Part shown: in pieces, positions 23,661 to 34,800 of the stretch
How positions within the stretch are numbered: the stretch's first letter is position 1
Layout of the letters: each line of letters opens with the position of its first letter
Origin: Takakia lepidozioides
Lineage: Eukaryota > Plantae > Bryophyta
Assembly: GCA_030704615.1 (NCBI GenBank)
Contig: CM060732.1
Span: 43,400,001 to 43,464,000, forward strand
DNA: 64,000 bases
Direction of reading: 5' to 3'
Program-made: the position numbers and the translations under genes
Notes under the pieces: model-generated
Database searches by the model: none
What the model was told of the DNA's origin: nothing
Seen by the model: the letters and a program-made list of their open reading frames with translations, nothing else

Positions 23661-25845
23661 GCTGGTGTGGGGTCTTTGGCATTTCAAAAAAACACTGTTG
23701 GGAAGTCATTTTTCTTTAGAAACAGATCTGGACCCATATTGGTGGCTGTACTCAGAGCACCACATAGGAATAGATTTGCTTGGTGACTTTTCATTTGAGT
23801 TCGTTCCTAGAATAGATAGCTCTTACACAGGTGGAAGGTTGACCAAGGCTCATGGTGTATTGAAAGGAGGACTGAAACCAGGTACAATGCCAAATGGGGA
23901 GGAAAAAAGGGTGACTTTTGCTGCACAGACTTTGGCTGCCAATAAACAAGGAAAGGGAATTGATCAATCAAGTCCTGTCAATCTGGTCAGGAAGGGTATT
24001 TGGAAAGATATGGGTGCAGGAAAAAGGGAGGATCCTGCAATCAACAACAAAGAAGAGGAAGATCTGATGGCCTTTTGTCCCACCATCCATGTAATTACCC
24101 GAGGATCTTATGCTCGTGATCAGGAGCCAAGCAAGGTACAGCCAGCCGGCAAAATTGTGAAGGAACAATCAAACGATGAAGAGGGAAGCTTGCAAGAAAC
24201 ACCATTCCTTCAACAATCTACAAGCACAGAAACAACAAGAAAAACTCGGGTGACTTCCTCGTCAGAAGGGCCAGTTGAAGAGAACATGGGGGTGAGTGTT
24301 CCACCAAGACATTTTATTCTTCAGACAGTGATGGGCCACATTGTTCCGAACAAGACACTTCTTCTTATAACAGGCATGATGAAGGGGACTGGGTGCCATG
24401 GAGCACACCCACCAAGGCCACTCAGATGTCACTATTGCGCGAAGCTGAAAGATGGGGGAAAAGGTCTCTCATCAGCTCTGACAGTCATACAGTGGCTGTT
24501 AAGGAGGAAAGGCAACCTGATGTACTTGATGATGTGGAAGTTATGCATCTCTTATGTTTTGGAGAAGTCAATGACTATCTGACAAAGGAGGAGAGCAAAA
24601 GAGCCAACAGGCGGGCAAGGCAGTACTCCTATCTCAAGGGTGAGGTCTACTTTGAGGGAAGGGTGGTTCCACCAAGAACGGACAGAGAGGCAATAATCAC
24701 TGAAGTGCATAAGGCCACGGGCCATTTTGGAGTCCGAAGAACACAAGAGGAGATATGCCGACGGTATTTCTGGCATGACAGAACAAAACTCATCAGGCAA
24801 GTACTCAAAGGCTGTGGCGAATGTCAGATGGCTAAACAGAACGGGGTGTTGCGCTCAGGTAGCTCAAAACTGCACAGTATTCCAGTAGTGGATCTGTTTT
24901 TCAGAGTTGCAATTGACACGGCAGGACCATTGCCTATAACCAGCAGGGGAAACCAATACTTTCTAGTGGCAATAGATCACTTCTCAAAATGGATAGAGGC
25001 TGCACCAGTGGCAGATCATACAACAGCACTTACTGCCCGCTTTCTAGTGGAAGAAGTGATTGACAGGTATAGCTGCCCACATACGTTGCTCACTGACAAT
25101 GGCACGGAGTGGGGAGGTGAGTTTGAAGATGCATGTCGCGAATACGGTATAAGGAGGGAGCATAGCGCCCCCCACTGGCCTCAGTGTAACGGTATGGTGG
25201 AAAGGGTCATTAAGTCTCTCAAACAGAGCATCACCACCTTAGGAGTTGGAAACGACACTGAGTGGGATCAGAATCTCTATAAAGCCCTGTTTGGTTACAG
25301 AATGGGTGTCCATGCTTCAATTGGATTCTCACCTTTTCAGGTACTTACTGGTAGAATTCCAAGGCTGGGAATTGACAACAGGTTGCATTTTCTTACAGCA
25401 CCAGTAAATTTTGATGGATCTGTAGCAGGGGTCACACTTATGATGCAGCAGAAAATCCAGCTTCTCACACAAATGAGGGCAAAGCTGCTAAAGAGTGTGA
25501 AGAAAGGGCAACGTCAACAGGCAAGAGATTGTGAAAGAAGGCATCAAACAGGGCATACCTATTGCAAGTTGATGGAGAACAGCAAGGTAATGATGTTGAG
25601 ACCTGGAAAGAGGTCTTCCATGACATCTCCATGGGAGGGACCCTATGACTTTTTGGGGTACAAGGATGCAGGAAGCACCACCAAGACTGGAGAAGCTGCA
25701 CGAAGATGCAGGTTGAGAGATGGAGCAGACAAGGAATGGGTAAGAAGTAGGAGGGATTTAAAACCCTTCATACCACCAATAGGTGATCAGCCATGAAGGT
25801 GGTCAGTGAGGACCCTGACACTTAAAAGGGGAGACACACTACATA
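23661..25845 (+). mobile_element. Ty3/Gypsy copy 1, 3' part: degenerate RNase-H-like segment, spacer, integrase, PPT
   Basis: Integrase 24393-25796 with H..GHFG..C..C, IDTAGP, TDNGTE and NGMVER; PPT AAAAGGGGAGA at ~25824-25834. Confidence 0.9.
24393..25796 (+). CDS. Retrotransposon integrase
   Basis: HHCC zinc finger, DD35E core and GPY motif (WEGPY). Confidence 0.92.
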   Translation: MPWSTPTKATQMSLLREAERWGKRSLISSDSHTVAVKEERQPDVLDDVEVMHLLCFGEVNDYLTKEESKRANRRARQYSYLKGEVYFEGRVVPPRTDREAIITEVHKATGHFGVRRTQEEICRRYFWHDRTKLIRQVLKGCGECQMAKQNGVLRSGSSKLHSIPVVDLFFRVAIDTAGPLPITSRGNQYFLVAIDHFSKWIEAAPVADHTTALTARFLVEEVIDRYSCPHTLLTDNGTEWGGEFEDACREYGIRREHSAPHWPQCNGMVERVIKSLKQSITTLGVGNDTEWDQNLYKALFGYRMGVHASIGFSPFQVLTGRIPRLGIDNRLHFLTAPVNFDGSVAGVTLMMQQKIQLLTQMRAKLLKSVKKGQRQQARDCERRHQTGHTYCKLMENSKVMMLRPGKRSSMTSPWEGPYDFLGYKDAGSTTKTGEAARRCRLRDGADKEWVRSRRDLKPFIPPIGDQP

Positions 25846-27988
25846 TGTAGTGTGAATGCAGGGGAGTAACATTGAAAATTTTGTTGGGCATCAAATTACG
25901 GCATTGGTGAAAAAGGGAGTGCCTGGTACTAATGTCGGGAGGGAATTACCCAGGCCTACAGGTAATTCCATGGGAACACTATGCTCTTGCTCTGCCAGGA
26001 CAAAATATGGCTAAGTCATAACATGCGCATTTTTCATCCTTGGAATGAATGATTTTCGTCGCGTATGTTTAACCTAGAAACTCGAGCTGAGGAAAACGAG
26101 GAGGAAGACGACGGGCAACTCTTCACAGCTGCTGCCGTAGTGTTGTCAGGCAGGCTGGCTTGGAAACTTACACCTGCGCCATGTGAATCAGCTTGCCTTA
26201 AAGCGCGACGTTAAGGGATCTGCTTGGCATTTTGTGCAAAGAGAAGCGGTGCCTCTTTCTGCGTGGTAATAATCAATTTTGAAAGCTGAGCAGGTGCTAA
26301 GAGCGGTGCACTACCGCTGCCGCCATTGTCTTGAAGAGTACAGTTATGAGGAGATGGAGCGCAGCAACAGCTGTTGGGGAATGAGAAGTGCAGGCTGGTG
26401 TGGATGCGACTCAGGTTATCTGTAATTAAGACTTGTAGTTGCCTTCTGTCTTAGAACTGTAGGAGCACATCAATCCTTAGGGCAGAAGTACACATGTAGA
26501 AGGATAGGGTAGAGGTTGGCAAGCACAAGGATGTTGCCAGCTGATGAAGCAAGCCGTCATGACATGATGAGAACTGGAATCAAGATGAGAAGAAGCGTTG
26601 AATATGGCTGATGACAACGATGGTGAGGTGCCAGCTTGGCAGGCAGAACCACCGCTTCACACGAGTATAAGACAGATGAGTTCTAAGAGTGTTGGCTTCT
26701 CTTTTTGGGCACTTAGGAATGACTTTGTGAAGTTTTTGGAACTGTCTCTTGTATCTGCTGAAGGGGACAGAAATGTGAGGAGTAGAAAAGGCCTTTGAAA
26801 ATGGAATGAAGACACTGGAATTCAAACCAGGATAGGGTGGAGATGGATGCACCTGTTGTTACACTGTCATTAGGAAAATGAGAGGGGACAAGGATATCTC
26901 ACCTCAGGGTCAGAATGGTTGTTGTTGTTGTGTTCCTTTTCTTTATTTTCAGTGTCTTCAGCCAGCAAAACAAGGCAGCCCTGGATGTTAAAACAGTGGA
27001 GCCAGTGTAGAACTAGCTTGGTGGATAGAGGAAAACAGGGATGGTCAGTCAGAAACAGATTTGAAGAACTGAGAGGGATGACGTGGATGGGGAAAAAAAG
27101 TCAATACTGTTTTGGGGTTTGGATCTGATTTCTAGAAGTGTTCTCAACATGTGAATGACTGATGTTTGCAGTTGAGGAGAAAAAGAGAGCTATCAGGGTG
27201 TGTGAATTGAGATCTGTAGAAGGGTTGTGAAGCACCTTGGCCAAATAGGATCCACTTGGGGAAAGATAGTGCAAGGATCAGTCACTGGAGAGAGAGAGAA
27301 GAGAGAAAGACTGACAGAGGGGCAGATCATGTCTTGTGTAACCAAGGTTGACTTCAATGATGGATGCACTGGATGCCTGGCTGGATGTGCATTGCATTGC
27401 ATCATAGCCATGCTGTTGTGGAAAAAGTGAGGAATCCACACACGAAGGAAAAGGAGTGTGAGAGAAAGAAAAAGTGAAAAGGGAGAAAGGGTTGATGAGG
27501 GATGGACAAATGGAGAGGCAAGGTCAAGAAGACATGAACCCTGAATGATCAAACTAGTGGGCCTGCAGTTCATGGCAGATCTGAGCTGCCCACCCACCTA
27601 GACCGTGATCTCATTACAAAAAGGGGCTTCCGACGTGTTGCAAACCAAGGGAACTGCCCACAAGGGCAATGTTTATCACTGACATAGGGCTGATTGCATC
27701 ACTGAATACATCGTGGCAGCATAGTTGGTGCTGTACCTGCAGGTAGAGGATGTTGTGTAAAAGGTAGAACCAAGAGTGAACAACAATTTGACTCCCCATC
27801 CATGTCTTCTCTTCCGCTGCGGCGTGGATGAGGATTGCTTGAACTCTGATCACGAAGGAGCTGAGGGAAGCCCACAGCCAAGTGACGACAGTTGGACAGA
27901 TTAGAAGAACGTTTCTTTCTTTTGCTCCGCTTAGAATGGAGGGAAGCACAATTAGAATTATACACAAGGGGATTCACGCCCCTTCTTT
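25846..27988 (+). repeat. LTR shared between copy 1 (as 3' LTR) and copy 2 (as 5' LTR)
   Basis: Preceded by a PPT and followed by a PBS (TGGTATCAGAGC, 27989-28000); near-identical to 15622-17763. Confidence 0.9.
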
Positions 27989-30900
27989 TGGTATCAGAGC
28001 TTCGTTAAATCTTGATTTCTACTAGCTAGGGATCTTGACTGGTATTGTATGGCTTGATGGCAGGCAGAGACCACACACTGATTCCTGATGAGCCAAGCAT
28101 TGGAGATGTGCTGATTTGCTTCAGCAGACGCACACCAAATGCCCACGCAGACCCTTGTTTGTACTTCTTCAACCCTGCTTGGAGAATAGCTAATGGTGAT
28201 TTATGTCTTAGAGTGATACATACTGGTGGAAGAACAACCATAGCACTTTGGATAAGAGAGTTAGGAAGGTGGGAGAAGATAAATACCATGGCACGAGAGG
28301 TGACATGGGGAGGTAGAGTAGAGATGTTGCGAAATGGACAGTGGGAGTGGTATAGAGGTCAGCATTAAGGGAGTTGCAGGAAAATTAGAGTCAGAGTTAG
28401 GTGTTGAAACAGTTTGAACTTCGACTAGAGTATAGAAAAATGACCAGTCCAACTAGCATAGATGTGCCTTATCATGGGAGGAATAGTGAGGATGTGAATG
28501 ACTGGCTGGAAAGAATTCAGATGGAGGCAGATGTCAGGGATTTAAATGAGGACAAAACTTTCAAAGTAGCAAGGCTCAACCTGAGAGCCAAGGCTGATGA
28601 ATGGTACCGTAAACAAAACCCTAGGCCAGACAACTGGGAAGATTTCAGGGCAGCCATTTCAGCCAAGTTTGGTATCATTGACTTGGCAGAAATCAGGCTA
28701 AGAATGGATACCATCAAACAGGAGAGTAGACAAAGGGTTCAAACATACTTCGATAGGTTGAACCGGTTATTTATAAGAAGTGGGGCGTCTGATTTGGAAC
28801 AGAGGCGTAGATTTGCAGCAGGTTTGAGACCAGAAATAGCAAGAGTAATGCTGGGCAGGCGCTTCCTTGATGTAGAGAAGCACTTGACACAGCCATTGAG
28901 ATTGAAAGGGGCCTGGGAAAGTTAGGGGAAATACCTCTAGAGCCATTGGAAGGAGATGATACAGATGAGTCAGTTGTGTTTGTCAACCCTGTGGACAGAA
29001 GACTTGATCAGCTGAACACTACCCTACAAAGTACTTTGATAGGGGACCAGTCATAGGAGAAAGCTCGGGATCTAGAACACCACCTCGTGTTCGCCTTTGT
29101 AATGTTTGTCACAAAGAAGGTCACATAGCTGCATATTGTCCTGAAGGAAGAACCCCAGCTTAGTGTGACAAATGTCACCGGTTCGGGCATTCCACGGAAA
29201 TGTGTGGTGTGAGATGCAACTTTTGCAAGCTACTCGGGCATACAGAGAGTGAGTGCAGTAGAAAACTCGACCAGACTATGATGGGAACTCCGGGAGCTAA
29301 CTTTGTAGATGTGTTCTATGATGATGAGGATGATGTACTCGCAGAAATGACAAATCTGATGTCACAAAATAGTATCAATGAAGTCAGACTTCCAAGGACA
29401 CGTATCCCTGTCCAGAGTCCGATTGTTGAACCTACAGGGTCACCAGAAAGGAATAGTGAGAGCAGTGAACAGCCAAGCAGGACCAAGAGTGAAATCTACC
29501 CAAAGAACAATTTCAAGACTGCCATAGAAGGAGGTACGAAATCCAGAATCTTGAACCACTTCTACAAAGGGAGAATCTCGTTGTCTCCCATGGATCTGAT
29601 CATGACTGTGCCCGGAGAGCTAGACAAATTGAAAGGGCTGGTCAAAGTGGTGGAAAGGGCAATGGTACAACAAAGGGAGACAACTCACAGTGTAGAAGTT
29701 GTGAGGGATGTACCAAAACCTTTGTACTCAGCACACGCTGAACCCGCAATCTCATATGCTTATACTGGTAAAGTAAAGGCACTTCATGTGATGATTACAA
29801 TGGGAGATTACCAAGTATTAGGCCAGATTGACACAGGTGCCATGCTCTCAGTAATATCCGCGAGTACTGTAAGGGATCTTGGTCTGATGGGATCTGTCAT
29901 TACTAGTAAGGATGTAAATTACAGAGTAGCCTCTGGTGCTCTTGAGACTGCAATGGGCAGACTTGAGGACATCAAGGTCAAAGTAGGAGAGCTGACCAAT
30001 CGTTTGTCCTTTATGGTGGTGAACACGGATACATATCACATGCTGCTGGGATTAGACTTTCTCAAAAAGTTTGGCGCTGTAGTTGACACCGAAGCTGAAA
30101 CAATTCGTGTGCGCTATGGGCCAGGAAAGGATTTTGCTCACTTCCCTTTGCACACCATAAATTATAATGAGCCTGCAGTTACCAAAATGGCCTGCCATAG
30201 AGGGGTCGAGAGCAGAGTGCGGTATGCAGGCAGTACGTCAGCAGGTAATGTCTTAACCCTGACGTCAGATGAGCAGTACCTAGGCTTGTGGGAAAAAAAA
30301 AAAAAGCCAGAGGAAGAGTATGAGGACACGGAGGAAGGATCCTCAGGTTCTGACACCTCTAAATCTGATAAGGATGAGGAGATGGGAGGTTCTGAAGAGA
30401 GTGAGGAGGTAGATACAGTACTGAAAGATGTTGAGGAGATAATAGATGATGTCAGCCTAGGGGAGGACCTGTTCGAAGACCAAGGGATGTCTGAACTCCT
30501 TCAGGAAGAGACCCAACGCAGCATTGCTGCCGCTATAATTCAGGAAGCTCACCAGAAGGCTTGGGATGGAGAACTAGGAAACAACAACGTAGAAATAGAG
30601 GATGATTTCCATGATTGGAATCAGGTTGTAACACAGGAGGAAAGACAGAGAGCAGCTAACTCTGTAGGCCAGGTGGAGGGAATGAGTTTAGAACCCAGTC
30701 AAGAGGAAGAAATGGAGAGTCGTTGGAGAAGTCTGAAATCCAGACTACACATCAACCCAGAGCTCGCTCCTGAACAAAGGAAAGAGCTGGAGCAAGAGCT
30801 AAAAGCAAATCAAGAATGTTTTGCTCTTAGCAAGGCTGACTTAGGTTATTGCAGTGAGGTGGAACATACAATTGATACTCAAGGCTTTCCCCCTTGCAGA

Positions 30901-31846
30901 AGTCGTCCCAACCGCCTATCAGAGTGGGAGGAAAACGAGGTCCAAGGACAAATTGAGACTTTGATCTCACAAGGCAAGATGAGAGAGAGTAGTTCAGAAT
31001 GGTCGTGTCCAGTTACCCTTCCACCAAAAAAGGATGGATCCAAGCGGTTTTGTGGTGATTTTAGGCCAGTAAACCGTTTAACCAGAAGGGACTCTTACCC
31101 TATGCCATTAATTCAGGATGTTTTAAACCAGTTGGGGAAAGCCAAGTGGTTTTCTGCGCTGGATTTACAATCTGGTTTTTGGCAGATCAAAATGGACGAC
31201 CGAGACATAAGCAAAACAGCAGTGATTACAAAGAAGGGATTGTATGAATGGCTAGTCATGCCATTCGGGCTAAAAAATGCCACTGCTACCTTTCAGAGAA
31301 TAATGAATAGGGTACTCAAAGAAGAAATCAAGGATTGCGCTAAAGTTTTTGTAGATGACGTCAATATCCATAGCAAGGACTGGGGAGATCATGTGGGACA
31401 TATAAAGAGAGTACTGAGAAAGGTTAGAAAGGCCAATCTTAGGCTCAATCCAGACAAATGTTACTTTGCCAACTTACAGTTGGTATTCCTTGGGCATGTG
31501 GTTTCTGAAGAGGGAACGTGGCCTGATCCAGATAAGATAGCTGCTATTGAAAGGTTTCCCTTGCCTAAAAACCACACTGCTCTCAAAAGCTACTTAGGCA
31601 TGACAGGGTACTATAGGCCCTATGTCAAAGGATATGCTGGAGTAGCAGTACCCTTGTTCACTCTAACCAAGAAGGATGTGAAGTTTATATGGAGTGCAGA
31701 GGCACAAAATGCCTTTTCTGCCTTACAGGTGAAGTTGGTAACTGCTCCCATCCAAGCAAGACCAGATTTCTCAAGACCGTTTGTCTTGGATGTTGACTGG
31801 TCCATCAAAGGAGTAGGGGCAGTCTTGTCACAAAAGGAGTATAAAA
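25846..31846 (+). mobile_element. Ty3/Gypsy copy 2 (LTR-PBS-ORF0-gag-PR-RT-partial RH), truncated at 31846
   Basis: ORFs 28045-28368, 28401-28925 and 29200-31938 are essentially identical to copy 1; similarity stops after GAGTATAAAA at 31846. Confidence 0.95.
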
Positions 31847-34800
31847 TCTTTCCTTTCTTCTGCAACCATAGAACCAAATCCCCCGTCTTAAAAGTCTTTA
31901 ACTTGCCTTCATCAAACTGTTCCTTTCGCTTCATCTGAATTCTGGTCATATTATCAGCTGCATCAGCACGTACTTCTTCCACATGGTATAATTCATGTTT
32001 CCTGACCTTGATGGAGTCTTGCAATTCCATTCTTTTTCCCCACTCCGTTCTCATGGTAGGTAACAGGAATTCCACTGGAAGTAAGGCTTCCATACCATAA
32101 ACTAATTGGAATGGTGTATACTTAGTGGTGACTTTATATGAAGTCCTGTATGACCATAAAGCTGTCAGCAGCTTTGTATCCCAATCCGTTCTGTTTGCAT
32201 TGACTATCTTAGCCAAGATAGTACATAGTATTTTGTTTGTAGCCTCTGCCTGCCCATTACCCTGCGGGTAATATGTTGTACTCTTTCTATGCACAATCAT
32301 AAACTCTTAGTCAACAACTCAATGGTCTCATTCATGAAGTGACTTCCTTGATCACTGATAAATTCTAAAGGGACAGCCAAATCGTGTAAGTATGTTCTCG
32401 TACAGGAACTTGCTGTGGACTTGGCTGTGTTGTCCCTCAAAGCTTTAGCTTCCACCCACTTTGTAGTATAATCAGTGGCTGTAATTATGTACCTGTTTCG
32501 TGTATTCTTGGATGGTGGATTAATTGGTCCAACAAAGTCTAGTCCCCATTTCTGAAATGGTTCCGTAGGCATTGTAGGATGCAAGGCCATCCTTCCAGAT
32601 CTCTGCAAAGGTCCTAGCCTCTGACATTCATCACACTTCTGACAATACTCGTGTACATCCTTGAACAAAGTAGGCCACCAGTATCCTGCGAGTAGTATCT
32701 TTCTACTGGTAGTCTCTTCTCCAAAATGACTCCAGCCACTCCTTTATGAACTTCCTCCAAGACTTTATTTAACTTCATGGTGGTACAAGCATCGTTTTAG
32801 TACTCCATCAGGTCCTAACTTATACATTCTGCTTCCTACCTAGATAAGGTAAAGCTTTGATAGCAATCTCTTCCTCTGCTCCTTACCATAACTAGGTGGG
32901 CACTGACCATGAGCAAGGTAGTATCTGATTGCCACTGCCAATCTAACCATTCATCTGCATTCCTTGCACCTCCATTATAAATAAACTCGCATCAGGTAAC
33001 GATCGTCCACTCCTGTGGCGGCCTCTCCTGTTGTTAGTCGTGACAAATGATCTGCCACAAGATGCAAACGGCCGGCTTGTAAATAACCTCGAACTCAAAC
33101 TCATGCAAGATTATTAACCACCTCGCTATCCTTCCACTTATCAAAGGTTTTGTTCACCAGATTATCAGAGCCTGGTGACCACATAAAACATAAACTTTCT
33201 TCCCAATAGGTAATGCCTGAATTTCTGACTGCATAAATCATTGCCAATGATTCTCTTTCCCGTTGTACTATAGTTCCCTCAGCACTGTTCATCAACGGCT
33301 AGCATAGATTACACAGGTGAATTATATTCCCTGATAACTTCTGGGCTAAGCACCGCACCAACGCTTCTAATGATGCATCGCAGTGGAACATGAAATACTA
33401 CATGCACAGTGGGGGAATCAGCACAGGTGTAGTGTTATTGACAGTGTAAGTTCCTCAAACGCCTGTTGACATTCAGCTGTCCAGGCAAACACTGTATCTT
33501 TCTTCAGAAGCTTGCTCAATGGTGCTGCTATTGTGCATACCTTTTGACAAATCTTCTGTAATAACTGGTTGCCCAAGGAATCTTCGTCAGACTTTTAACA
33601 TTCACTGGGGGTGGAAGATGGCTTTAATGGAGTCTGTCTCCTGGGAGGATCCACAAGGAGTCCCTTCTTACACACAATGTTCCCAGAGGCACCCTGAGTC
33701 ACACAGAAAGTACATTTTCTCTGGATTCAGGCCCAGACCTCTCATCCTGCATCTGGCCAAACATAACTCCAATTTATGCAAGTGCTCACTCTTAGAGCTG
33801 TACACACTGAAATCATCCAAGAATACCTGCATGAAATCATCCAGATACTCATGAAAGATTTCACTTATCACTCTCTGAAAGGTCGCGGGTGCATTACAAA
33901 GTACAAAGGGCATGACTTTGTATGCATAAGCCCCCCAGTCTGTGATGAAGCTGTTTTCCCTTGGTATTTCTTCTGCCACTTGCACTTGATTATAACCACT
34001 GAAGCCATCACATGAATGAGGACATCCTCATGGCCTGCCACAGTGTCTAATACTGCTTCTGTGAATGGCAAAGGGAAAGGATCTTTCTTCGTACAAGCAT
34101 TCAGCTTCTTATAGTTCACACATCCTCTCAGTTTGCCATTCTTCTTGGGAACTATTACAATGGGTGACAACCAAGTTGTATACTCTATTGGGTATATAAA
34201 CTTAGCCTCAGCTAACTTCTTTATCTCTTCTCCAACCTTCTGTGTGTAGTTGGGATTCATTCTATACCTCGCCTGCTTGATTGGTACTGACCCTGGTTCC
34301 AGTTCAATCTTATGCTGACAGACTTCAGGTGGTATCCCTTTTAGATCCTCATAGCTCCAAGCAAATACATCTCTGTATTTGATGAACAAGCTTTTAGCTT
34401 CTTCGAAGAATTCCGGCTCCAAATCAGCTCCTACTTTCACCATCCTCGGTTCCTCCTGAGTTCCCACATTTACTTCTCTCACCTGCTCATCAGCTGTGAT
34501 TGTCCAACCAGTCACCACTTCATCCTGTAAGCTCACAGCGGCTGGTTCTTCTAGGATTTCTATTTCTCCTTCTCTCTCTTCATAGAAATGTGAGGGGTAA
34601 ATGCTAGTTTCCTCTTCAGTTGGTGTTGCTGTCACTACACCACAGCAGATACCTCTCAAACAACTTAGGCTTTCCAGCCGCATCTCCGCAACCTGCTCCC
34701 ACTCTGGGTGTGCAGCAAATAGGGTAGCTTCCTGCTCCTCATCCAGTCCTCCTCTCCAGTCATACTCTCTGACTCCTCGAGGTCTTCTTGTAGCAGGTAA

